Shown: positions 38,475 to 50,816 of the stretch, piece by piece
Position numbering within the stretch: the first letter of the stretch is position 1
Layout: each line of letters begins with the position of its first letter
Assembly (NCBI RefSeq): GCF_000150275.1
Contig: NW_002060975.1
Location: forward strand, 190,655 to 254,654
Length of the DNA: 64,000 nt
Source of the DNA: Trichoplax adhaerens
Taxonomy: Eukaryota > Animalia > Placozoa
Direction of reading: 5' to 3'
Translations under genes and position numbers: made by a program
Notes under the pieces: model-generated
Databases searched by the model: none
What the model saw: the letters and a program-made list of their open reading frames with translations, nothing else
Told to the model about the DNA's origin: nothing

Positions 38475-41400
38475 GATCTTTAAATCGCTGTAGCTGCTAC
38501 TAATCTGAAATAAATACACCGATGTCACAACGACAGAGATTGAGATTAGATGCTCACTCTTGTTTTACAGTAATCAATTTATTAGAGAGTGAAAGAGCAA
38601 AAATGATTAGTAAATTTTACTGTTATTTCCTTTTATCATATTTATAGTAATGCGTTTTATTACGCTCTAACTCTATTTCTAACGAATAATTTTCGACGTA
38701 GCAAAGTTAATAGAAACAAAATACTTACAGTAATGTCGTAAATCAACAGCAATATTAAAGAAATAAATAACAAAAAAATCCAATTTTCGTCTCCTATTTG
38801 ATGATTGTACTATATGGTATGATGATTATAGGTTATAGCGAATTCCTTTAGCACGACGCTGTCATAATCAATAGTGAAATACAAACCATGCCAATCAATT
38901 TCTTACCTCCGATCAAGAAAGTACAATAGATTCATGAAATATCGCTTCTTTTCGACGATATTTCATAACTATTTCATTAAGTAAGTTTGAAACCATGGCG
39001 AAGGTAAAGCAGAAATTGCATGCTCAGCTATTGTGTCAAATTTGAACAGTCAGGACAATATCAACTGATCAGGGTAATATTGTAGCTTATAACAAACTAG
39101 CCTAAATGATTTCATTTAACAAATAACAATACATTTTTGCTTGTCTTTGGTAAACATCTGGCAGTAATTAGAGATATAGAAATGGAAGTCATCATTATAA
39201 TTAATGGTCATACTTGACAACTAGAATATAATGTAACTGTATTATCTTAATATTTCGTTATTCAAAGATAGACTGAATAGATAGGGATTGTTTTTTTAAT
39301 AACATCCTTTAGGGTATCTGATTCATTATGAGTAACCATGTAATCTGATTGATAATTCTTCGTTATTCATTCTCAAGTGAAGAAAATTCTTGGAAATTCT
39401 GTACGTATTAACTTATGACAGCAGTAGTAGGATTGACAGCATGACTACTTTTGATTAGTAGGCGAAGTAAGTAGGGCGAGAACGAATAGCACCATGTACT
39501 AGCAGGAATTAAACTTATTTCAGAGATAATATATTTAACCTTCATTTTTGAGAGAATTTTAGTGGAATTCGTTAGTCGTTATAGATCTACTTAATTATTT
39601 ATCACTATTTCTGTTTCGACTTCTGATCATTGCACTAGCTTATCTCTATATAGCACTCAGAATTTTCTGTTACCGATACATATCCTTAATGACGTCTAGC
39701 CCTATTTCTGTTTAACATCCTATATTTTATAGCATCACGAGTTATGCATTTCGTTCGATAACAGTCGAGACATCGGCTATTTCAGTCTGTTAAATGAAAG
39801 TTATTTGAAAGTCGACTGTACCCTCCTTTATCACAGGTAAACTACAGTGCCCGATAGACAGTAAATACGCGTATTTAGAATAATAAACACCATTGGTCTG
39901 TGCATATTTGCTCAAATGGAATTTAAATTCATTATGGATAAAGCGCTATTGATACTGTTGAGCTACATATTGGACTTGCAGACGAAGAAAACTCGAGTCA
40001 TAATGTTTATTCGATCAAAAGTACAAGCATGTTTTACTATTGATCAGTCAATATGGGATTTATTTTTAGAATATTTTGAGCTTAGAGTATATTTGTTAAA
40101 GCATATGGCAATCCTTGACTATCGTTATATTATTACATAGCAGAAATAACTATATGCAATATCTTTGACATTGACTTTTCTAAAATGATTTTTCTTGGAA
40201 ATTGCTTAATATCTATTCCTGTAGTAGAAAAGCACCAGATGGAATGAAGTAAATAAGTATTAATTTTATTATTCACGCCGTAATAGGCACATTGGCATAT
40301 TTCACAACAATTTGTGGTTCTTTCATAAGCTTCGAAATAGAACTACATAATAAAGATTGAAATATATGCAATTGTTACGCAACATGAATGCTAGTCAAAT
40401 TTTATTGTCTTCAGCAATAACTGTATACGACTCAATAACTTAAGATGTTGTCATATAACGATATACTACTTGTGCCGCCGCCTAATATAATATGTCATTA
40501 ATATACCAATTTTGGAATGGCACAGCTATGGCTCTGTGATAAAATTGATCACGAAATTCCGGAATTTATCGAAAATTAGGATTTTATTAGATCTTTATAC
40601 AAAGATACACCACAAACAGTTCTACTGTAACCAAATACAACTACTAGAAAAGCTTTTAGAAAAATTTTCTAAATAGCCGAAAATGCCTTCTAATATACTT
40701 TTTGTAGCATTCACAGCTACATTCAGTATAGTAAAATTTTATCTTATTCTACAAATATTCAGATTTTTATGAGCAACATTTATGACAGCAAAAACAGAAT
40801 CGCTATAGTTGAAATGATTGTCGTTTTGTAGTTGTACGGAAAAACTTAAAGATGCGCAGATGAATATGAAATCACGTGTCGAGAATATCATTCGTGCGCT
40901 TTTTTTCGCTCTTGCTGCACGAGAAAACATCCTTGAGAAATTAATTAATTATTACGTCATCAATGATATAATTTTTGTCGAATAATGAATCATACGTTAA
41001 CACCTAGCCATTAATTAACTACTATTAAATGTCATTGATAGTGTGTCGTGATTCTTGCTACATTTAGCATGTAGACTTGGCTATAAATTTATTATTGTTT
41101 TGCGCCAGCGAAGTTTGTGAGGCTATATAAAAGTCTTAAAGCTCTTAATTGTCGGAGTTGATAAGTTAGTTGATAACAGATGGTTACCAGCGGTTAGTAG
41201 TAGATTATAAGTTGTAAGTTCAATTAGTCATTTTAATAATCAGATTTTAGAATAAAGTTTTGATTCTTAGAGTGAATATTCTATCGTCTAAGACTCAAAT
41301 CTAAGTTTGTTAGATTAAAGAGTGATTAGGGTTAATTGTTTAGATAGTTAAGACTACTTTAGAGGAAAGAATCCCATTTATTTTTGTATTGCAATCTCGG

Positions 41401-42105
41401 TTAGGGCAATCCTTTCGTATTATGTTGTTATGATTTAAAAAATACGTTCTCAGAAACATACTAAACCGCTTCTTGATCATGTTAAAGTCGATTTCAGTCA
41501 CCTCAACTTCACGTGCTTTCAAATTACAACAAGCACTTACACTTTATATCTCGGTATTTTTAAAAAATATACCAGAACGCGACATTCGCATGATGATATT
41601 GTCTGGGCGGTTACAATCTAGAATTTATCGGCAGAGAACCTAGTTACTGGAGATTCCAAATTGGTCAATTCGTCAGTAGTGAGATTGGTATAGATTACTT
41701 TGATCCACCGTAGTTTCATACATCTTGATTCATACCAGAACGAATCGATAGCAATATCACTCACAGGTAAAATAACAATCAGGATAAGGGCAGTGATTGC
41801 GATAACAATATGTTTGCAAACGCTTTAATGTAGCCTTATGGCTATCATGAGGTGTAGTTACTTCGTGCTGCTCCTAGAAATGTTTGTCTTTCCAGTGTAT
41901 TTTACCTAGAATTAATCTTCGTGCAGTAGATAGTTTAGGTAGAATGCAACATGATATATGGTTTGTATCTTCATGGTGAGTTCATTCATTGCATGTCCAT
42001 GGTATACTATGTTATGTTCTATTACTCTCCGTATTAGGGATTATTACTGGTTATGTTCCTCATTTTAGGGATAATTACTGTAGCGAGATTATGTTTTAAA
42101 ACATA

Positions 42106-42219
42106 CTAGTACAAACTCCCGTCGCTTTGCTGACGGTTTACGATAATGTACCCATTTGTTAATAATTAACAGATAGTATTACCATTCAACATTATATATA
42201 TACAGTATATCCCGGTAAT
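42106..42219 (-). mobile_element. Non-autonomous Helitron-like element, 3' end (copy 3)
   Basis: A|CTAGTACAAACTCCCGTCGCTTTGCTGACGGTTTACGATAATGTACCCATTT...TATATCCCGGTAAT, collinear with copy 1. Confidence 0.7.
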
Positions 42220-44236
42220 GGCCAGGCACTACTATATTCACAACTATGCTTCTAGAATACTACTTTTCAATAATGCGTTCACGGATCAAACCTTATTATA
42301 GTCTTTGATAATAATTCGGCAATTATAATATCTGGCCTACATATCCTAATGTGAAGAATAATGCTACTGGACAGATTAAAATTATATCAACCATTGCTGA
42401 GTAGTAATATTATGATTGAACACTCATTGGCAAGTTTAATTTGCATGATTTTACAACATTTCATTAACATTCGATTACTCTATAACGCTGATTAGAATAT
42501 TATTAATGTATTACAAAGGAACAATAAAAGTAGTATGAAAATTACTCCCTTACATATCTTTAATTCATAATGCAATAAACTTTATTTACTTTACGTTCGG
42601 AATTAAAGCATTACATTTTTGTGGCTGCAAAATGTGTTATATAAACTGATATTTGCCTAAACGCTTTATTCTAAGTATAGTATTATAATCACTATTTCAA
42701 TGTAAAGCTTCCCTATATACTACATTACGTGTCACTCGGCATATGCCATTATTGTAACCTGGCAAGTTACTGTTAACTCTATTATGGTGTAAAGAATTAA
42801 TTTCCTTTCGATCAATAAACGCCTTTACATATTTACTGTTGTTGTGGTTTTATTAGCTTACCTTACAAATATAGAGTATTGATGTATTAAATGTAACGAT
42901 ATAAAAAGGAGATACGATAGAGAAAAAGGGAGACTTCTGGACACGTTAAACTTGAAAAAAGTCATAAAGTTGCTCATTGGCAATTTGTTATTTGCTGTTA
43001 CTCGTCGGTAACGTGAAAATATAAAGGAGATTTTTTTTAAGTTCAACTTGTAGTCGAGACAGTATACCTACTCCCTTAGGAAGATTTATTGTCAAATATA
43101 CATTTTTAGTGCTACCATCAGCTTTAATGGGAGGTCATCCAAAGAAATTATCTCCAAAGCGGACTTCGTAATCAGAATATTGTGTAACTAGCCACTTCTC
43201 TAGCAGACTTTCCGAGCTCCTATTTTGTCGTCTAGAATAAAGATTGCATCTTATGATATTACCATTATTAATGCTGTTGCTGCTAGTATTGAAACTGTAA
43301 ACGGCAGAAGCTTCATCCGATGTCTTTGACAAGCATGGCGATGAATAACTTCGAACATACTGGAACATGTTGGAGGTTCGTGTAGCTCCGATCTTTTGTA
43401 ACACTGAACATAAGTAGGTGTATATATGCTAGTATTAGAATGAAAATGAGTCTGCAGAAATTTTGAATTATTCAACCTCATTAGCCGTACCATTACCTAA
43501 AGTTATCAATTAATTTGGTTATTTATTTATTCCATATGATTTATTTAATTTTATTTTGCTTATTTTATGTTTATTTTTATTTATGTTATCTGCACAGATT
43601 CATTTAGATAATAATAGAAAGTATTATGCCTCAAGGAACGTGGGGCAACACTTTAATAATCATATGTTGTTTTAAGAGCAATTGCACTCGCACTTGTCAC
43701 CATTGGACAATACAGTACATAAATTTTTATATTTTGTCCGGTGCCTAACCCTATCTCATAGATTAGCAGCAGCGGGAAACTTTTACGGTCTCACCTCGGA
43801 CAAAACTTTAGGAATTGACTTGTGTTTTAAGGAGATAAAACACGTTATACCATCATCTGAACGAATCTTATGTAACTAATGGAAGAACAGTAGCTTTAGT
43901 ACTCGACGAAATAGAAACCATGGCAAGTCGGATGGCTAAATCCAATCTCTTATTCATTCTATTGCACCTGAGCTGGTCTCATTTTGTAGTCAACTCGATT
44001 GCCGCTTGCACAATGAATCTTTTCCTCTTTTAAGTTCTTAAATGTGTGTTTGAATTTGATTTCGATGTGACAATGTCAAAATATTACTAATACATCAAAT
44101 TGTCCTGTTCAAGGTAAGAAAACTCGTTATAATGTGTAGTGCTTGAATTTTACAATTCCTTAGGTTCACAATCGTTTAACTCAAAATCTGAGATATTAAA
44201 ATTGAGCAAATTTCTAACGTGACACAAAATCAACAG

Positions 44237-45558
44237 AAGCACTTATTGGGAGAAGACGTTTCGCCAAGCCCATTTCATGTTACCTACTTGGTCCATACCT
44301 CTTAATGCGACCGTTTTTCTCCATCATGTCCTCTGACAATTTTTTACACAGAATTTTAATCGATAAACTGCTGATCATCCAGCCACTTAAAATTCAGAAG
44401 ACTGCCTCTTCTTGAACATTTATACTCCCACTACTCATAGGAATGCACGATTATCAGTTACGGTTAGGACTTATGGACGGTCGTTTTTTTTCGGTGCAGG
44501 TGCAAACTTTGATGCCAATGTCTTAGTTGTAACAGAAAATTTCGTCGTGGTAACCATTAATTATCCACTAGGAGCATTAGGCTTTTAGGAGAAATACATC
44601 CTAAATTGAAGTGAATCATTACTCACCCTAATTTAGGTCTTAATGATCAACAGCTAGCTCTGAAAAATACGGAAGATGCTACTCTTATTTTTAACCGATT
44701 AGTGAATAAGACCAACTGTGCTTGACGATCTATGAGAAGAAGTTTGAGATGTTTAAGAATGTTACCGTATGAAACTATTTTAACCCAACAAAATGTTATA
44801 TTAGGTGAAACCGTTCTAGCTTTTATACCAATTGGTAATACAGATCTAATTCCAGGTCATCCCATAGAATTACTTGATGAAGTTAAAGCTTTAAACATCA
44901 CTACCTTTTTTGGAACATGTAAAGACGTTGGATCGTTATACTTAATATTACAACCTGGATTCGATTTTAAAGTTAATGGGGCATTTTTCAAAGTTGCTAT
45001 TGCTTTTATGTTTGATGGTTTCATTCCCATAGCAAAAAAAGCCGTCATATTCCAATATACAGTACTGACTGGGTAAATATAACACAGCCTGTTTTGAATG
45101 ATCGATGCCTATAGATATTTACGAGGATTACTTGTTTTTGGCTCCTGCTACATATTGTGCAACTCAATTATCACGCCATGATATACAAACTTATATATAT
45201 ATGAGTTTTCTCGTAGGATAGTTAAGTCAGGTTATTTTACAGAACCAGCTAGGGTTGCTGAAACTATAGAATTACCCTATGTCTTTGGTCATTCGTTTGA
45301 AAACTATATTTTAATAGAGATATATTTACTTTAGAAGATCATCAAGTTTCATTGGATATTATGAATCGATGTGGTAATATAATGCGGACTGGGAATCCAA
45401 ACGGTCTTAATACTAATGATGTAGTCTGGCCTCAATTTGATAGTGATACTTTTCGATATTGTGTGTTTCACTTTAATCCATCTATTAGGCATCATTTAAA
45501 AAGTAACAACACGCAATTTTGGAATCGCTTTAAACCAGCATTGCTTGATGCTGTTTAA
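44237..45558 (+). pseudogene. Type-B carboxylesterase/cholinesterase-family pseudogene
   Basis: GRRRFAKP, SEDCLFLNIYTP (44394), YGRSFFFG, VVVTINYPLGALGF* (stop 44586), NLGLNDQQLALK, CLRMLP, FIP, GTCKDVG, ELPYVFG, RTGNPN...WPQF, FWN. Several stops and frameshifts; no GxSxG segment. Confidence 0.88.
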
Positions 45559-48500
45559 CCAAAATAAACCAATGATGAACATTAAAAATTTTTGTACTAG
45601 CATTAACTTACCAGTACTGAGAATTAATATCGTAGCTATCGTATCAATGTAACTGATAGGAATGCAATCTCTTTCGTAAAGATAAAATAATTCGAAATAA
45701 AGTTCTCGTGTTAATATGTATTCTTTCTCAATGCTTCAGTAAATTTATATTTGACAAAGCCTTCAGTATATGTGATTGCATTTGCGATTATTGTAGGTTC
45801 AATTTGAAGACGAAGTACATCTAATTTTTATAGTTCAGGTTACAGTTTTAGACTTATGATGACAATTGATTACATTTATTCTAGCAGATGATTATATGAA
45901 TGGACATACAGTAGCCTAGCCATCTCGAGTTAGTCAGTAAACATCCATAACTATAACTATAACTATTTCTCTGTTAATTTGGCTATTAAATACGACTTAA
46001 CTGTTAGAATCTTAAGACAATATACATTAGATACATAATACAGATTTATACAGTACCATTGGAGGACTAGTATGATACACTATTCGATAAATACGCACGT
46101 TGTTTTATCCAATTACTTCATGTTAAATCTTAGCTTGTATAAATGAGCATCGGACGAGTAAATTAATCCATTCAGTATTACACGCAAGTAATACCAACAA
46201 TTAAATCATTATCATCGAACACAGTATAAACTTGTTGATATTATTGTACTCTACTGTTAAGCAATCTATTCCAAGAAACACATAGATATTGGCTCTACTA
46301 TTATTCGTGTAATAATATTTCAAAATTTATCTATATTTCATTTTGGAAAGACTGCATTATCACTACCACTCCAATCTCTTCAAGATATACGAATAAGTCA
46401 TACCTGAATGTTGCATCATAAATATCACGATTGTATTTACATAAGGTCTATTTAGTGTTTATTAAAGGTAGCAGTTATTAACTGAGCAAGGGAAAATCTA
46501 CTATAGCGCTAAAACTTTGTAATGAAATGAAAAGTGTAAAGATCAAGCTACAAAACTTTAATAAACTTAGATTCTACTTCCGTTGCACTCCGGTCCATTT
46601 AACAAAACTTTGACACCAAATAAAATTTAGGGAAATAATCGATCAACAATTTATTACAAAAAATGGAGAGAAGTATACAGTAAACCAAACAACCTTACAA
46701 ATACTTAACATTAAGCATTAATAGAATAAGTGACAGACTTAAAAACTGTCAACAACCAAACAACCTTTCAAAAAGAAGAACGTTTTAACTTACGACAATT
46801 CGAACCCGAAGGCCTTTTAAACTCAACAAGTTCATCAAAAGAATCTTCTTCTACTCTCTCTCTTAAATTTTCCAATTGCACTATCATTTATAGGCTTCGA
46901 AGAGCCGTCAGAGGTATTTAAAACTAAACATTTTCTAACCAATTGCTCCTAAGATTCATTTTAGAAAACTACTTTGCACCATTTAAGAAAACAAAAATCA
47001 TTCAAAGTTCAGACACAATTTACCCTATGATTCGCTTACAAAACACTAAAACCAACAAGTTAACTATAAAATACGTCAAACTTCACTTCTAATATAATTT
47101 CTATCATTAATACATTATAAAAGTCTAAAAATTAACCTTTAAACATCAAGATTTACTCATATAAATAACAGTCTAACTACTTAACAATCAACACAACCTC
47201 TACCAATTTCCATCTTATTTTCTATTTTCCTAACTAAACTTTCCTAATGTGATGTCACGCTATAAAATTCCAAAGTTTCAAATTTATAACAAAAGTCCAA
47301 ATTTCAAAAATCAACTCTTACGATATTTTCCATAAACTAAAATCCAAAAATTAATACAGGAAAATTATATCGGATATAAATCCGACCAGTTCCGGAATCC
47401 GAATCCGAAAAATCTGGATTTTATAAAGATCACAGTAATTACTTATCAAGAAATTTCATATGACTACTACGACTACTTTTCTGACATTAGTATCGCTTAG
47501 TATTGACTGTTGATGTTTTAGCGTCAGGTTGTACAGTAACTGTACGATTATAGACTACATTACAGTACTTTACTGTCATGTTATAAATCCCCTTTCTCTA
47601 TGGATAGGGTTTTGTTACTAAGTCAAATTCATTTACAATTTGAATAGACTATCAAACTCCCTTTCTTTAGATTAGGCAATTGCTCTAGGGCTACTTCTAT
47701 AGCAATCTATATAATACCTTGTAAAATAATAAAGAAGAAAAGATGGCGACTTGATGATTTGGCAGGGTAAAACTTAAAGACATTATCACTTTATAGGTAT
47801 TTTCTATAGTAAAATAATACTAGTTACATACTAAAAGCTATAAAGGACTCTACTTTTAGTCCTTTACTACAACTTGACTGTCCTTTCAATTCTGTTAATG
47901 CCAGAAAGGCTGCCCACTATCCGAAATTTTGCCAAAATTACGGTAGTCTCTCTAATGTAACTTTTCGTATTTTAGTGTATAAGATATATCGCTTTGTAAT
48001 AAATAGGTTTTATTGTCGTTAATTCATAATCTACGAACTTGAAATTTGAGTGTATAAGAAAAACCAAGTTCCTAAAGAGTTACAAAGCGCACAGTTGCTA
48101 CAATTAGCAGTAATCGCTAAATATATATTATAATTCTTTTTAGGACATTATGTCTCAGGTTTTTTAATTTCTTTCCAAAGTTAATAAATACAATTAATTC
48201 TGTCACTTATGTGTGCATGTTGGTACAATGTTATTCCGAACATCACTTTCGCTAAATATTACATCTGTCAATTTTTTTATTTCGTTATTCTTTTTTGCTT
48301 CGATATGAAAAAGTATTTTAACAATAGTAAATAGTTGGTTTCTTGCACCTGCTATACGTCAAACAGCAATGATTCATAGCCGCTGTATCGTTAAATCTAA
48401 TATTTTTACATTAATGAAATGTTCAAAGTAATAATTTTATCACTATATTTTATAGATTAGGGGGTTACTAAAGGCACATAAATCATAATTCAGTTGCCTG

Positions 48501-49784
48501 CGAAGAACTGTTAGAGCAATACTTCAAAGAGCCCAATCAAATGAGCTGAAATATTGCCAATAGTTCGACTAACTTATTCCTACGTATATATTAATATGGA
48601 GCTTGATAGAATTAATTTTATAATCTGATCGAATTACCTGAAGCCTAATAATATTTGCTTTTGCGATAGAATTTTTCACTAACTTATTCTCATAGTAATC
48701 TAATTCTCACAAAACAACGGTCCATGTTTAAGTAGAATTTATAAAAAGTCTTTTATTATAGAATTTTAGAAAGGTAGAAATTAAATACGGTAATTAGTTA
48801 TTTAAACAATCCAAGAGATCCATGAATGCTAATAAATAACGAGATCGTATCTGTAGCTCATAAATGCGTATTTAGCTCAATTTCTTTACGACGACAGGGC
48901 TGATGACAATCGCACTTGAATATTTCACAGAGCACTATTCCTCCGATGGATAATTAATATATCCTACCATACGAATCTACCCACTTATTATACGCTTAAT
49001 TTACTTCCTTAATATGCAACACAATAAGGGGTTGGGAATCTTCACGGATACAGTACATCAATTTAGACAGACCATGTACCAACTTATATAATTGGCTATT
49101 ATTAACAAACAACAATCACTAATATTGGCAATTAATACTTTTTTAAAATATCACACAATAACATTTTAGTAAAGTAACTCAACTATGTTAGGTATAGCAA
49201 TCAGTAAAATCTAGTATCCATATACAGCTTTGATTATTTATTGACTACTAACAAAAACGATTAGGTAGATACATAAGCATAGTGGTGTACGTATCATCCT
49301 GTTGTATATATGGTGTTAATTTAGAGAAAAAAGTGTAATTGGTTAATTAAATATTCTTATCAGTCTTGATTACTGTAAATTGATGTCCTGAGATGATATT
49401 ATTTTCGTAATATTTATCAAATCCTAGCAAAATTCGGTACGGCAGTAAATCTGGTATGAGACAATTTCTACTTATTTAATTGTTTAGCGACAAAATAATT
49501 TCCATTGTAAGTTAGCCTTATAAATATGATCATGCATAGTTATTCTTCCGAATTTACTTACATATAAGTTATAGAGCAACTATTAAGATTTCAATAATTT
49601 TTCCTAAATTTACTTCATTCTTTTCATAAATGCGTCATACTCTGTATCAACAATACCAAACGTAGATTGATATATTCGTGTAGCGTACCTCGCACACATC
49701 TAGGCGTAATTTTGACTATAATTAAGTAGAATTAGTATTATATCTCGACTTTATCAAGAATTTGTACGAGTATATATTTGAAAA

Positions 49785-50816
49785 TCAGAGTCTGGTAGAA
49801 AACAAATTGGTAGGTTCGGCAGAAGTGACATGAACTAAACGATGTTTTCTGCTGTAATTGTGAAAGGGTTGTAATTTTCTAATTAGAGCCAATGATCTGT
49901 TCCTCACATTTAAATCAAACTTTAAATATATAAACGGATTGAGAATAACAATTGATGTTGTTATTGTCACACTAAAAAATGAAAATAAAAAGTGGACAAT
50001 ATTACTGTCACGAATCATCAACGTTGATTGCTGAGTAACCGCCATGCCGAAAATTGTAGCAAAGAATGGCCAACTAATCATCACGTAGGACACGGATATC
50101 CAAGTTAACATTTTCATAAATCGCTTCTTTTTAATTTGTTCAGCTACAATTTGCTTTTTAATACTTTCTCCAGGTCGTTGATATGATTTTTGAAAGGATA
50201 TAATACGACCATAGATTAATAATATTAATATAGTTGGGATAATAAATGATATAGTGGCATGAGCTACTAAGTAGACTGAAACTGATGTAGTAATATTTGG
50301 GATATCACAGAGTAAATTATCACTATGGTGAACGGAAACATAATCTAAGATGGGAGCATTAGTAGCTACAGCACTAATCCATATTGCTATTTCGCCTAAT
50401 ACAAGCACATAAATCTTATAATTGCGATAAAATAATGATAGTGGCTTAATAATGATAAAATAGCGATCGATACCAATTAAGCATAAATTCATCATGGAAA
50501 CTCCAAATGATGCAAATAGAAAAAATAATACCATACGACACATGAATGCACCTCCATTATAATCCAGATTTCGATTAGCGATTTGAATATAACCAGCTAA
50601 TGATGCCATTGTCGATACAATATCAGATATAACCGAAATGCACATTAATTTATATGTCGTCTTCCGAAAATGTTTATCGAACAGAAATAGATAAAGGATA
50701 AACAAGTTGATGATTAATCCAAATATAAAGATTGGAATACCAACTACAGCAGCATATTGATATATTTGTGCTGATAAATTATATTTAAAGTTATCATTTC
50801 TTGAGGTATTACTCAT
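49785..50816 (-). CDS. Single-exon class A orphan GPCR, paralog 2 (343 aa from ATG, MSNTSRN...)
   Basis: GIDRYF, SWPFF, LNPFIYLKFD; aligns end to end with paralogs 1 and 3. The ORF-track start at 50822 is a TTG. Confidence 0.93.
   Translation of the reverse strand: MSNTSRNDNFKYNLSAQIYQYAAVVGIPIFIFGLIINLFILYLFLFDKHFRKTTYKLMCISVISDIVSTMASLAGYIQIANRNLDYNGGAFMCRMVLFFLFASFGVSMMNLCLIGIDRYFIIIKPLSLFYRNYKIYVLVLGEIAIWISAVATNAPILDYVSVHHSDNLLCDIPNITTSVSVYLVAHATISFIIPTILILLIYGRIISFQKSYQRPGESIKKQIVAEQIKKKRFMKMLTWISVSYVMISWPFFATIFGMAVTQQSTLMIRDSNIVHFLFSFFSVTITTSIVILNPFIYLKFDLNVRNRSLALIRKLQPFHNYSRKHRLVHVTSAEPTNLFSTRL

Noticed and set aside
4657-42219. CRISPR-like or terminator interpretation of the repeated hairpin
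   Set aside because: Copies are kilobases apart in eukaryotic DNA, and the hairpin-plus-CTAG layout fits a Helitron end.
44237-45558. Functional acetylcholinesterase or neuroligin, or a processed retrocopy
   Set aside because: Stops, frameshifts and the missing nucleophile segment exclude function. There is no poly(A) tail or target duplication, and an acceptor-like site precedes it.
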